A stretch of 64,000 nucleotides of DNA from Mayamaea pseudoterrestris (Eukaryota), in the NCBI GenBank assembly GCA_027923505.1, contig BROI01000039.1:1-64000 (forward strand). The letters run 5' to 3'. Below the pieces are notes generated by a model. It was not told the DNA's origin. It saw only the letters and a program-made list of their open reading frames with translations, and ran no database searches. This document shows positions 11,270-23,517 of this stretch, piece by piece; positions within the stretch are counted from its first letter, which is position 1; each line of letters begins with the position of its first letter. The position numbers and the translations under genes are program-made.

Positions 11270-12400
11270 TACATTCTCCTGCAACCAACTACACGGTGCT
11301 TCATGAGTGGCCTTCAATGACTACCCCCAATAGTCTTGTTCCATGAATACTGTTCTAGATATCTTTGGGGACACATATGCGGGAAAATTGTTGCATAACA
11401 ATCACTCCCAGCTCATGTGTAGCATCAGTTGTTTGGGAGGGCAAAGATCCACAGTAACCAGCTCCATGGTGCTACAGTGTGTGGCCTTTAAAGACCACCC
11501 GCCATAGTCTTGTTCCATGAATTCTGTTCAGGTTATGCTTGAAAACACATATGCGGTGAGATTGGTGCATAACAATCATCCCCAGCTTACGTGTAGCATC
11601 AGTTCTTGGAAAAGGCAAACATCCACACAGTAACCAGCTCCATGGTGCTACAGTGTGTGGCCTTCACAGACTACCCTCCATAGACTTGTTCCATAGATTC
11701 TGTTCTGGCTATGCTTGGGGTCACATATGCGGTGACATTGGTGCATATTTATCATTTCCAGCTCACGTGTAGCATCAGTTGTTTGGGAGGGCAAATGTCC
11801 ACACAGTACCAGCTCCATGGTGCTACAGTGTGTGGCCTTCAAAGACCACTTGCTATAGTCTTGTTCCATGAAATCTGTTCTGGCTATGCTTGGGGACACA
11901 TATGTGGTAAGATTGGTGCATAAAAATTATTCCCAGCTCACATGTAGCATTGGTTCTGTGGGAGGGCAAACAACCACACAGTAATTAGCTCCATGGTGCT
12001 ACAGTGTTTGGCCTTCAAAGACCAACCGCCAAAGTTGTGTTCCACGAATTTTGTTCTGGCTATGCTTGGAGACACAAATGCGGCAAGATTGGTGCATAGC
12101 AATCATTCCCAGCTCACATGTAGCATTAGTTGTTTGGGAGGGCAGACATCCACGCAGCAACCAGCTCCATAGTGCTACAGTGTGTGGCCTTCATGGACTA
12201 CCCAATAGTTTTGCTCCATGAATTCTGTTTTGGCTATGCTTGAAGACACATATGCGGTGAGATTGGTGCAGAACAATCATTCACAGCTCATGTGTAGCAT
12301 CAGTGGTTTGGGAGGGCAATCCAGACATCCACACAGTAACCAGCTCCATGGTGCTACAGTGTGCGGCCTTCAAAGACTACCCCCCAGTCTTGTTCCATTC
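11270..12400. repeat. ~176-bp tandem repeat (family B), ~6.5 diverged copies
   Basis: GCTCCAT(G/A)GTGCTACAGTGT anchor at 11461, 11637, 11812, 11988, 12164, 12343. Confidence 0.93.
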
Positions 12401-12610
12401 ATGATGACCAAGTTTGCAGTAATTGTTGACCATGGGCAACGAGGAATGAGCTGCAACCAAAGCAAAATACCTGGATGAATCTGAGATCTACTGTAAAGCT
12501 TGTCAGTGTAAAGTTATCCAGTTGTAGCTACTATGCTTTAGGATAATCGCAAGGAAAACAAGGCAGGTGTAGTCACTTTGCCAGCAAACCTAAAGGTTGC
12601 ACTGCAACGT

Positions 12611-14239
12611 CTACGATATAAGCCAATCGTTAGCGCCAGGCATCTTAGCTTTCCTTGGCTCTGGACGATGATTTACTTTCACCAGCCTCTTGCTCTGCAT
12701 TGAATTTTTTTGCACAAATGATTTGTTGTTGTGGCTATCATCAAATGTTTTGGCTCTTGCCTGCAATTTATTTCGCGGCAGCCGTACTACGTCTCGTTCC
12801 AGTCGCTCACCAGGCGTTCGAATGAGATACTGAAGCCATCGAAGGTTTTGCGTCCCCGTTTTGAGTGGCAAGCTGGCACTTCGTGACAACCCCAAGTGCT
12901 TGGTAGCCTCGGCATTACCCGAAAGCGCCCACGCTTCGGTTCCAGGCGGACAGGTCTGGCGCAGAAAGACTCGCAAATCTTCCCATGACTCGTGCATGTC
13001 ATCGCTGAGCCGCTCTCCCCACGGCGGATTAGTCACGACAAACCATGAAGCCGTCGACGGTGACACCTGTGGATGCCAGTCGCGACAGTTGCCTTGGTGT
13101 GTTTCAATGACAGAGCGCAGCCCCGCTTGACCTAGCGACTGATCAAACAGATTTAGCGCTCCTGGATGCATTTCATTTCCAACAATCCGTATCTTCTCTG
13201 ATTCCTCCAGCCGCCGCAAACCAGTCTTGGCTTTGTCTGTCGCCTCGAGCAGTATCTGCTTCCAAAGGTCAACGGCACGTTCTCCCGGTTGCTGCTGCTT
13301 CCACCGCACCATGCATGGCATGCTCTGCCCCACTAACCCACATTTGATACGCATCAGTCCGGGTGCCACATCGGCCGCAATCATGGCCGCCTCCAACAGC
13401 AACGTGCCGGATCCAGCCATGGGGTCCATCAAAACAATCTTTTCATCATTACTGCCATGACATTTCTCGTCCCATTTGGCATGCAGCAATAACCCCGCCG
13501 CAAGTGACTCCTTCATGGCGGCCTTGTGAACGGCTGCATCCTTTCGATATCCCCGCCGATGGAGAGAGCCAACATGCAACTGGCGGTACAATGAAACATC
13601 TGCCGTATTGGTTTCCGCATTTCCAGACAGCATGACTGTCAGCGGAACATCTGGATCAGCCAAGTCTACACTTGGTCGATCGTCTCTCAAGTCTCGCACT
13701 GCGTCGCAGAGTGCATTCTTGACGCAAAGAGCCGAATAGTGCGTGTGACTAATGTCCTTTGGAATGCAATTGACGTTATTGACAAGTTTGACATTGACGG
13801 AAAGGGTCAGCAGTCCTCCCTTACCGTCTCCTAACAAGTCTCGAACGTCAACTTGCTCCTTTATGAAAGCAGCCAAATCGTCTCGATCGCGCAATCCATT
13901 ACCCTGTAAAAGGCGCTCCATGATTTTGTGCGCAGTCCTTGCGTAGAGTATTGTCTTGAGCGCCGTCTTCGTGTCAGCCGCAAAGCAGACTGCCGACTCG
14001 CCTGTCGTTTCCACTTGCTTGCAATTCAAATCAATTAGCTCCTTGGCTAGTACTTTTGATAAACCAGGAATGCAGGTAGCAACGAATGACGATGTAAGCG
14101 TTTCATGCAGCGCTGACGGAGCAGCACGAAGAGTGTTGCCATGACTAATGGAAACAAAGGCATAAGCGCTATGCTTAAAAAGCGTTTCGTAGAACAGCAG
14201 TAGAGTCAAGCCATTTCTTATCCTGCTTGCCGTTTGCAT
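12611..14239 (-). CDS. THUMP-domain RNA m2G methyltransferase (RlmL-like), probably plastid-targeted
   Basis: SLHRRGYR, AMKESLAAG, DPMAGSGT, VTNPPWGERL; N-terminal signal ending AYA-FVS; start codon inferred. Confidence 0.85.
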   Translation of the reverse strand: MQTASRIRNGLTLLLFYETLFKHSAYAFVSISHGNTLRAAPSALHETLTSSFVATCIPGLSKVLAKELIDLNCKQVETTGESAVCFAADTKTALKTILYARTAHKIMERLLQGNGLRDRDDLAAFIKEQVDVRDLLGDGKGGLLTLSVNVKLVNNVNCIPKDISHTHYSALCVKNALCDAVRDLRDDRPSVDLADPDVPLTVMLSGNAETNTADVSLYRQLHVGSLHRRGYRKDAAVHKAAMKESLAAGLLLHAKWDEKCHGSNDEKIVLMDPMAGSGTLLLEAAMIAADVAPGLMRIKCGLVGQSMPCMVRWKQQQPGERAVDLWKQILLEATDKAKTGLRRLEESEKIRIVGNEMHPGALNLFDQSLGQAGLRSVIETHQGNCRDWHPQVSPSTASWFVVTNPPWGERLSDDMHESWEDLRVFLRQTCPPGTEAWALSGNAEATKHLGLSRSASLPLKTGTQNLRWLQYLIRTPGERLERDVVRLPRNKLQARAKTFDDSHNNKSFVQKNSMQSKRLVKVNHRPEPRKAKMPGANDWLIS

Positions 14240-14492
14240 CTTGTCACTGCTGCGCACTTTGCTCGTCGCGACGGAACGTTTTGTGCCATGGTCGATCATG
14301 TTTTGCTTGGTCGTGCGAGTCAAGTACTTTTTTATCTGACAGTAATCATGATAACACAATTGGCGCGCCGGCGCGGCGAATGACCGCGCTGTTTCCGCTT
14401 TCGACCATGGAGAAACGGTGGAGCATCGCTCGTCGTGAAGTTAGCTTCTCTACCGGTACACAGCTCTCAACAAGACAGCAATACATATACAT

Positions 14493-14996
14493 TTGCTGAA
14501 CATGCAATTCAGAGCAGCCATTCCTCCAAACGTCAATGCTGGCGCCATTGTCCGCGTCAACGCCCACAATGTTCCGTTGAACGTGCGCGTTCCGAAACAT
14601 TCGAGAGCAGGAGACTTTATGGTCTTTGAAATATCCAAAACGGAGCTTGCAGATGCCTCCAAACTAGTAATAGACGCGACTCTGGCGCCGTCTATAGACA
14701 GTCCATTGATGAAGAGTAGTCGGAGCATGAGTAATCTTCCAAGCGGCAGCAGCAATAACAATCGCTTTCAAATGCCTTGGTTTTGCAACGAATTTGGTAT
14801 GGCATTGGGCATGGCCGCCTTGATTGCCTTGTCAATTATATGTGGGTTTCTATTTGGAATATTGTACGTGACGCAGCCGCTTGGTCCGAACGGAGAATTA
14901 CCTCCGGCCGTTTTGCCATCGAGTTTAATATCCAAAGCCCGACAAGGAGGTCGAACAATCATGCATTTGCAACCAATAAATATACATCGCGATTAA
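14493..14996 (+). CDS. Hypothetical small membrane protein (5' end uncertain)
   Basis: 167-aa ORF with one strong hydrophobic helix (GMALGMAALIALSIICGFLFGILYV). Confidence 0.5.
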   Translation: MLNMQFRAAIPPNVNAGAIVRVNAHNVPLNVRVPKHSRAGDFMVFEISKTELADASKLVIDATLAPSIDSPLMKSSRSMSNLPSGSSNNNRFQMPWFCNEFGMALGMAALIALSIICGFLFGILYVTQPLGPNGELPPAVLPSSLISKARQGGRTIMHLQPINIHRD

Positions 14997-15192
14997 GTTA
15001 TAGTAGTCCTTGAGAATGGCATCCATCGCGCATTTGATAATTAAGAGATGCACTCCGTTTTTCTCTAATTGAAAAAGACGACAGAATTTCACACACTTCG
15101 TAGTAAGTTAAAACCGCCATAAATTTTACCTTTAATGACATGTATATAAAGACATGGCGTCCTCTTTTGTTTCGTCAGTTTGTTTACTGCGT

Positions 15193-17672
15193 CTACGCAA
15201 TTTTGGTCCAGTCCTTGGCCAAACCACAAGCTTCGGAGCAGCGTTGGTCATTCGAAACACGGAAATAGTCGGCGTATAGGGTGCACAGACCGTGCCGGGC
15301 AATCATTTGGCACCATCCAAGAGTAGCCTCTCGAGGCTTGGTAATGGTAACGTCATAATAACTAGACTTGATCGTCTGCGGACCAATCACCTTGGAGTCG
15401 CGGTTCTTGGTCAAGATTTCGTCGCGTGCTCGAGCCGACTTGATGGTAGCATCCTTGTGGAACAAGGCAGCCGGATAAATGGTATACTCAAAGAGTGCCT
15501 TTTCAATCTCCTCCTGATCATGCAGCTGCTTGCGTTCCTTGACGCGTTGACGTTCCGAATCGCGCTCCTCCTGTCGACTGTATCCAGGTTGACGACCATC
15601 AACATGATGGTGACCTAGCGCAGTATTGGGAGTAAAGTTGATAAGAAAACTTTCCAAATCACCTAGAGGTATGACGGCTTGGGGAAACTCTGGGCATCCC
15701 TCCTTCTTCGAGTTGCGACACGTCATACCCTTGACAATCTCGCGACGCTGGCGCTCGGTCACCATCCAGAAAAAGTTGGACCCGCCTTGAACGACCGGAG
15801 GACTAATTTCGTTCGCATACACTTCAGGACTCATGGGCATCTGGAGTTCCGTAAAGTAAACCCACCATTGTCCACAATCAGTGTCTTTCTGCGTCAAGCT
15901 TCTGGCGGCTGAAGTAACGTCCTTGTTGTAGCAGATGCCGTTAATACCTCCAGCGCCGGACAGTGAATGTGGAATCCATGTGGTGTCAAACGAGTCTTTG
16001 CAAATTTCCCAAGCAGCGGGGTGGAAGAAATCACCATGCATGCGCCACTTCGCAACCTTGGGATTCTCCTCACTCACATACGAAACGCGGACGAAGGAGG
16101 GAACCAAAAACGGACTGGACGGTCCGTTGGGAGCAATCGGATTGCCAGAGGCATCCTTCTCTGGCGCAATCGGCGCCTGGTGCAGTGGCGACGACGCTGC
16201 AGCCGCAATGTCGGCACTGGCTTGAAGAAAGGCATGGACTGACCGAATCGTCACCAGCGACGACCAACGCATGGCAATGTAAACGTCATGATCGTCACTG
16301 CTCACCAAGTCGGCATGCGTCGTCTTGACAGATGGATCAACCGATCCCTTTCCTCCCAAATACGGAGGCGCCAGTATCAAATCCTGCATGCGCTTTTCCA
16401 TGAAACCACTCTTGAGGTCATGGCAAGCATCCGCCGACGAAACACTCGCCGTCACAACAACCTGCAGCGGACTAGGTCGCTCCTCCATTTTTACATCATC
16501 CGTCGTCTTTTTATCAAGCGGCCATGGCTTGCCGCCACAGTAAACCAAGTGCGAGTCCATCCATTCGACCCACTTGTCAGGAATGGGTTCACAAACAAGC
16601 ATTTGCACGCGCGCTGCAATCAATCCAGTCTTGCACATGCTGTTAATCTCCTGCAAATTTCGCTGAATATGAGTCGCCGCAGTCTCTTGCTCCGAAGTCC
16701 AAACCTCGGGAAGTTCGGCGTGAATCTCGGGTGGATTCGTTTCCCAAAGCATAGTTGTGCCGCGTCCAGCACCAACAGTGTTAATGGCAAACAAGAGACG
16801 GCAGCGATCCAAACTACCAGACCGCTTCGAGTCTTGACTACCAAACCAGTCATTCCAAATAGTTCCCTTGCCAGTATTTGGTCTCGTTGGACTGCCCATG
16901 GCGATGCAATTCTCCAGTAGTCGCAGCGTAGCAGCTGCAGCAGCCGAGTCGTTATTGGCAGCAGCCTCAAGGAAAAACTTGCGATACTCTTCATTGGCAC
17001 CAGGATCCGGCATGAAACGAGCCGAAACAACGCCAGAGTCATCGCGACCTTCAAAGTAGTCGGCTTTTCCGCGCGACTTGCTGAAGCGGTAAAAGTATTT
17101 CTGTAAAAGAAACAAGAATTGCAAAACGTGAGATGCAATATCAATGAAACAAGGGCCTTAACGAGCAGCCGCATTGCTCGGATCAGAATGTAAATGAAAT
17201 AAGTCTTCCTCACGCTTAGGATGACTATGCAAACTAGGTTGAACTATGCTTTGATTGCTCAATATTCTTCACTTCCAAGGCGCGCATCTATAGACATTTG
17301 CATGCACACAAGACTCACCTGCAGCGGCCCGGTGTATTCAAACCAATACTTGACTTCCTCGGGCGGCGTTTCCTCAAAAAGCTTCTTTCGCGATTCCAAG
17401 TCTTGCATCAAGTGCTCCATGTAGAATGGTACAGAGTCGCCGCCTTCCAGTGCAGTGAGTCGTCGACTCGTGTAAGATGGCAATGCCGATGACGACGACG
17501 AGGGAAAGAGCCAATCGCTGGCAATGTCGCTGCTGTACGCGTGAAACATTAACAGTGCAGCAGCAAGGAGCTTGACGGAAAACCAAATGGCATGATTGGA
17601 ACTTGATGCGTCGTCGGCGTCATGTTCGACAGCCTTTGCACACGCTGGTGCGATCGGTGTTGCGGCTGTCAT
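15193..17672 (-). CDS. Hypothetical type II membrane or secreted protein, 2 exons (17672-17319, 17100-15193)
   Basis: Hydrophobic N-terminal segment; GTGAGT...TTACAG intron 17318-17101 joins GPLQ|KYFYRF in frame; long open exon 2. Confidence 0.75.
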
Positions 17673-17937
17673 GGTGAATTAATTGGCGCTTCAATCGATC
17701 GACAATGTCTCTCCTCGAAAATCTTTTAGCAAAATCAGCTTCCTACAGGCGGCCCCCAAAAGCTCTTTCTTCGTTAAACACTCTATAACAGCAACCGATA
17801 CTGCAGTTGCTTCCGCCAACGCTGCGTTTCGAAGGTATGATACAAGCAACGCTACGATGGGTCGTTGAGCGACTTTGCGGCACGCTTGTTTGAGCGCCTA
17901 TACCCGACTGGCTGGCGCGTGAAGCCACGTGATCACA

Positions 17938-18232
17938 TACGTCACAAGGCAATAGTACGAAACGAGTGCCAGTGTCAATTGCGTCACAAGGCAATATATA
18001 CGAAACGAGTGCCAGTGAAAACAGCGTCACGAGGCTATAGTATGAAACGAGTGCCAGTGAAAACGGCGTCAGCAAATAAACCAGTGCCAGTGAAAACTAC
18101 GTCATAAGGCTTTAGTGCGAAACGAGTGCCAGTGATAACTACGTCATCAGGCAATAGTACGAAACGAATGCCAGTGTCAATTAAGTCATAAGGCTATAGT
18201 ACGAAACGAGTGCCAGTGTCAATTACGTCACA
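17938..18232. repeat. ~42-bp minisatellite, ~7 copies, in a divergent intergenic region
   Basis: Unit approximately ACGTCACAAGGCAATAGTACGAAACGAGTGCCAGTGTCAATT. Confidence 0.92.
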
Positions 18233-18251
18233 ATTGCGGCTAAAATGACTA

Positions 18252-19919
18252 ATGACGTCTTGTGGTGCGAGCGAGCAACCATGGCAAGAGAATGTGATCC
18301 GAGTTCAATCTAAAGTTACCAGTCAATCGCCTCTAAGCTTTGTTCAGCTCCTTCAAATGACGAGCGTTCCAGATGAAACTCAGGCTGGCATTGCCGCTGG
18401 AAGGAAGCATGCGATGGAAGACTCGAAACAGAGTGAAATTGACGATCGGCAAAAGCGGCAAAAAATTGAAGAACAAGATGCTGCAGAACAAAAGGACAAC
18501 GAACAGCATAACCTCCAGACGAATAGTCATTCCTTAATGATTGATGAACCACTCGATAAGGAGTTACACAATGAAAGTAAAGAAGATCCAAATGGACTGG
18601 AGGGCACAACCATCGTGCTAAAGGAACATGGCACCACCGTCTCCTCCCTGCCAGTCCCACCAGACACGTCGCACCTACATCAAGGAACAACACAAAACAA
18701 CAGTGTCAATGATGATAACTCTACAATCAATATATTTCTAAATGTATCTCATGGGACGTCAGAGATGCAATACGTTCCAGTCAAGAGCACGTACTCGTCA
18801 GACCCACTTTCCACCAGGGCTGTGGCAGAGCCTTTTGTCCATTATCAAGACAGTGAAGCATACCATTCAGCTGCAGCATTCGATCCAGCGCCCCAGCCTC
18901 CAAATTATTACACATTTCAAACGTACCTTCTTATTGCATTACTTGCCGTTGTCGTTGCCTATATTGGGGGTCAAAGGCCTGCTGCAGCGCGGCTCCACCA
19001 ACACATTATACCTCCGTCCCACTACAAGTACAATGACGCCTCGTGTTTGCCCCAGCTCGCCGACATGACACTTCGCGACGTTTTGACGAATCCCAAGGGT
19101 TTTCACTTGGCGCTGGCGCCTTCCTTTTTCGGTTTCTACGGCTACTTTGGCATGCTGGCGGCGTGGGAGGAAACTGTAGATGGCCAACTACTGCGCGATC
19201 CAACCAAGCTGCATTCCGTGGCGGGAGCATCAGCGGGTGCCATGGTGGCTGTCTTGTTGGCGGCAGATGTGCGGCCTCGCAAGGCGGCCGAATTTTGTGC
19301 CAGCATGACGCTGCGAAAGTTTGCAGATCCATTTGGACTGTTGGGTATGTTCAAGGGTCACAAGTTTGAGCGACTCATGGAGAATTTCTTGCGAGCAGAG
19401 TCACCAAACCATTCATTGCTGTTGGAGGATGGAATCATACCCGTGGCAGTGTCGGGTTTTGATTTGCAAACGCTGTCGGGAAAGATACTGCGTCGCGGAA
19501 GTATGGCGCGGGCTGCTCGGGCTTCAGCAACCTTTCCATTCTTGTTTCAACCAGTTCACTGGAGCGATAAGGAGTTGAACGAACACTATGTTTTGATTGA
19601 CGGAGGAATTTCTGACATTGCTGGGCTTCACGGACTTGATGGTGTACAAGGCGATCACTTCGTCGTCAATTTGGTGGTCGGCACTCCCTGGGATACAAAG
19701 GTGTTTCACCATGAGGCAGCGAAAGTCAGTGGGACGCGCTACTTGACGATTTCGATGCAGAACCTGCCACAATGCGGTCCATGGGCGCTAGCAAATGGAT
19801 TTGCTGCAGTTGATGCTGCCAGCAAAGCCATGACTGAATCGATTGATCTACCTGTGTACATGGGGAAAGACGAGAATCATTATGAGCTGCACATTGACGC
19901 ATCCAGCTATTGGTCCTGA
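18252..19919 (+). CDS. Patatin-like phospholipase with TM segment (start may be 18357)
   Basis: APSFFGFYGYFG, GASAG nucleophile elbow, DGG motif. Confidence 0.85.
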   Translation: MTSCGASEQPWQENVIRVQSKVTSQSPLSFVQLLQMTSVPDETQAGIAAGRKHAMEDSKQSEIDDRQKRQKIEEQDAAEQKDNEQHNLQTNSHSLMIDEPLDKELHNESKEDPNGLEGTTIVLKEHGTTVSSLPVPPDTSHLHQGTTQNNSVNDDNSTINIFLNVSHGTSEMQYVPVKSTYSSDPLSTRAVAEPFVHYQDSEAYHSAAAFDPAPQPPNYYTFQTYLLIALLAVVVAYIGGQRPAAARLHQHIIPPSHYKYNDASCLPQLADMTLRDVLTNPKGFHLALAPSFFGFYGYFGMLAAWEETVDGQLLRDPTKLHSVAGASAGAMVAVLLAADVRPRKAAEFCASMTLRKFADPFGLLGMFKGHKFERLMENFLRAESPNHSLLLEDGIIPVAVSGFDLQTLSGKILRRGSMARAARASATFPFLFQPVHWSDKELNEHYVLIDGGISDIAGLHGLDGVQGDHFVVNLVVGTPWDTKVFHHEAAKVSGTRYLTISMQNLPQCGPWALANGFAAVDAASKAMTESIDLPVYMGKDENHYELHIDASSYWS

Positions 19920-20055
19920 TGATATCTAATGAATGAGGCGTTGGGCGAGAACAAATTTCGAATAAAGTTTTGTAAATTGTTTTTATGGATAGCGCTGACG
20001 TTGGTGCTAGCACTTATAAATTGTAAAATCATTATCATACGGTAGCAAAGCAGAA

Positions 20056-22919
20056 CTATCGACCATGCGTGCTTCCACTAACAGATAAAAACGGTTGTCC
20101 CACCAAACTCACCACCGCAGGCGCACGTCGCGAGCTTCCCGTGACGCTCATTGCGCTGCTTCCTACACCCAATCGACTTTGCTGAAGCATAATCTCGTCC
20201 AATTCCGTGATACGGGCGGCAAAGCCGTCAACATAGCCCTCCAGAATTTCTCGATCTTCATCTCCGAGCCCAGGTTCCATCAATAAAGTTTCGGCCAGAA
20301 GCCCAGCGGTTCTGTAGCAAGTCCTTGCAGCCTCAAATTGCCCAAGAAGCTGCTTTACAGCTCCCTCCCTCCCAAACACCAGCGACTGATTGTAAACGAG
20401 TTCTTCGACGCTAACCATTACCGGTAACCCGACAGACTCTGCCTGAGCGCTCATCCCCTGAGCGCCGGATAGCTTTCCAATCTCGACATTTGTTGCATCG
20501 CCTCTCTCCAATACCCCTCGAAACTGGCCACCCAGCCATGTTGTCGTCACCTCGCAACGCTTCTGTAGTTTCTGAACGAGAAGCAGTTGGTTCGGATCCA
20601 GTCGATATTCAACAAATGCAACAAGATCGCTCGCGACTCGTTGTACGGCGGCAATTGTCCCCTTTAGCATTTTCAACGCTTTCAAGTAGCACGTGACGGC
20701 TTCACTAAAGTGCAGGCGAATGACAGCTGGTGTTGGCTTCACAGCCGCCCCTGAACTAGTTATACTAGTTCCCTTGTGCAGAGTGATAGTGTCCCGAGTA
20801 GGAATATCATGCGGCAATGGACTCTCAGCATGCATTGCAAAGGGCATTTCATCCGCGTCGTCATCATCTGCAGCCTTAGCATCAGGCATCGACTTGTCTG
20901 TTGCTGATGAAGATCGTCGTCGGCGCTCTGATGCCATAATGTCGCTCGCATCGTCTTCCGTTACAGCTCCATCACGACCCTCTTCCTCAATCCCTTCCAT
21001 GTGCATAATCGAAAGCAACGAGGACGAGCTACTCTCATTCATTGCAACGAGGCGCATGGCAAGATAAGCACGCTGATCACCAAGGTGCGCCACTGCCACC
21101 GCCCTGCGTCCAACGTCTTCGGCCGTCGCGAGCAACTTTGTCACAGACGCGATACTATTATCAAGCTGATGCGAACTCCCAGACGATTCAATAGCCCGCC
21201 CAGACATCATAGTCATCAGTGCACCACCAGTGCCCGGACTAGTGCCCAACATACCTTTAGGATGCTTCACTACCATGTAATCGCCACGAGTTGAAAGCAC
21301 CGGGTTCTTTTGGTGCATGAAAAAGCCAGGCGATGATTGAGTCGACGGATTTTGTAGCTGATGCCGGTTGTCAACAATAGAGGTTGCCACGGTCGACGTG
21401 GCCGGAGACTTTTGCAAAATAGAGCCATGCTCCACCATGACAAAACTGTCCCCATCGCCGCTACCGCTAGCAGGTGGCGAAGCATGCTTCGTAGTTTGCG
21501 GCGGCTCAACGGCGTACGTCTTGGCAGTTGAGCGGCCGTACATGGTGTAGATTGGTGGAGTGGATGTTGATGGCGGACTTGGAACCAAGGGTGCCAGCCC
21601 ATGTGCTCGCAGCGCATCCGTACGTGTCATTAACGACCCTTGAATCTGAACTGGCGCAGACGTCGCGTACCTGTCTGGCGCTGGAGCTACGGGTTGCATA
21701 GCACCTTGCTGACGAGGTCGCTCAAAAGGTTGATGAGAAGATGCCGACGTCAACATGCTATCTGCTCCGTGATTGGAACCATCGTCTTCAGTAATGGTGC
21801 CCAGCTCATTCATATTGGGTCTTTGGCACGTTCCTTCGTCTAGAGGTGCCACGCCGTTGCATCCAAGAGCGACGAAGGCATTGCAGGCCTCAAAAAACTC
21901 TTTGAATCCAGCGCGGCTGAGCGGGTTTCGATTCAGCAACAGGCGGAGTAAATTGACACATTCCTTGCTAACTCGCACATCGGCAGGTAATTTCACGGCC
22001 TTTTTCTGAATGTTTCGGAGCAAGTCAATATGATTCTCGCCATGAAAGGGCGGGCGCCCGGTGATCATTTCAAATAAGACTGTTCCAACGCTCCATAAAT
22101 CTGCTTTTGCGTCGTATCTGCATTGATCAAGGAAAAATGTCAGTCAAATACTCATCGAGTCATTTCGCGCGACAACACGTCGTGTGGCATAACTCACCTG
22201 TGATGCTGCAAAATTTCAGGCGCCATGTACAAGGGACTTCCGCACAAGGTTTCCGCCAAGGATGCCGACTGCAAGTGTCTCGCAAAACCAAAATCCGCAA
22301 TCTTTAGTACGAACTGATCCGACGCAAAGTTCGCTCGCCGCCGTTGCTCCTCCAGTTCCTCCGTCAATTCCGGATCATTCACCTCCTCCAGCGGCAATGG
22401 CCCCGTCAGTAGCAAATTCTGCGGCTTAATGTCACGATGTATCAGCTCCTGCGACCATAGAAACTGCAAACCAGCCTGCAAGTCTCGCATGAGCCGTCGC
22501 GCGAGTCCTTCCGTAATGCGCCCCGACCTGCGCGTCCGCAGCAGCTTGGTGACATCACCTCCTCCGCAATATTCCAGCAGCAAGTAAAAATGCCGGTCCG
22601 TCTTTTGAACGTCATGCAGGCAAACTATATTGCGGTGTCTATACGTTCGTAGTATGGAAATTTCAATCTCCAAATTCTGCAAAACCTTTTTGGTAAGCTT
22701 GTCAGATGTTCGTGCAATTGCCTTGACGGCAACGACGTCAGCCGCAGCCGAATCATGTTGCTGCGCTTGCAGCTTGACGCCCCTGTAAACCGTGGCAAAG
22801 GATCCGGCTCCAAGCTTCTCCTTTAGCACGTAGCCGGCGACTGTGCGAACCTTGGCGTTTGCATTCTCAGTGCCGTCAAAGTAAGAGGTCGTTGGCGACA
22901 ATGATGATGTTGTGTTCAT
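20056..22919 (-). CDS. ATG1: Autophagy kinase ATG1/ULK, 2 exons (intron 22197-22118)
   Basis: GAGSFATVY, VAVK, HRDIKPQNLL, ADFGFAR, AETLCGSPLYMAPE, spliced HR|YDAKADLWSVG; helical ATG1-type C-terminal region. Confidence 0.9.
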
Positions 22920-23517
22920 CTTGATGAATCAATGGCGAGAGCTAGGCTAATCAGAATGAGCAAGACCATGGAGTACTGAGGAAATCTTGAGGGTATTATA
23001 GTCTCGTTCAAAATGTCAATCTAACGAATGATGCTGCTTCAAGGCTGATGATGATGGTGGACGTCTGGAAGGAATTCGAAATGCGATGCGTGTTGTGCGT
23101 TTTTGCTTCCAGTCCAAATTCTGCGAACGACGCAGCTAGCAGAGGTTCTTCTTACGGTTCGAGGTAGAAGCGAACCCGGAAGTCTTGCCTCCGACGGAAC
23201 AGGAAAAGCGGAATCGTCAGTCAGCCGCCAATTGCAGCAGCCGGGATAAACTAATAGCGACATGACTATTACATGAACATACCTTGGATATATACAGATG
23301 AGGTTTCGATCGATTTGCTCGTCAAAAGATCTTTTTGCTAATGAATTCGCAAAGTGAGTGGAGTGGTGATTGATTGGCTTGATTTCGAGGTTGACGCCCG
23401 AAAATCTGGACCCGGTTTCATTGGTGCACACGCACGACTCCGACACTGACGTCGCGCACCTCGAGTTCTTTTCATTGTCGCTGTTGCAGAGAGAAGGATT
23501 CTTGGTCAGATCAATGG

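Noticed and set aside
17938..18232. CRISPR-like look of the short repeat arrays (also 56797-57168)
   Set aside because: Intervening sequences are homologous to each other rather than unique spacers; eukaryotic context with no cas genes
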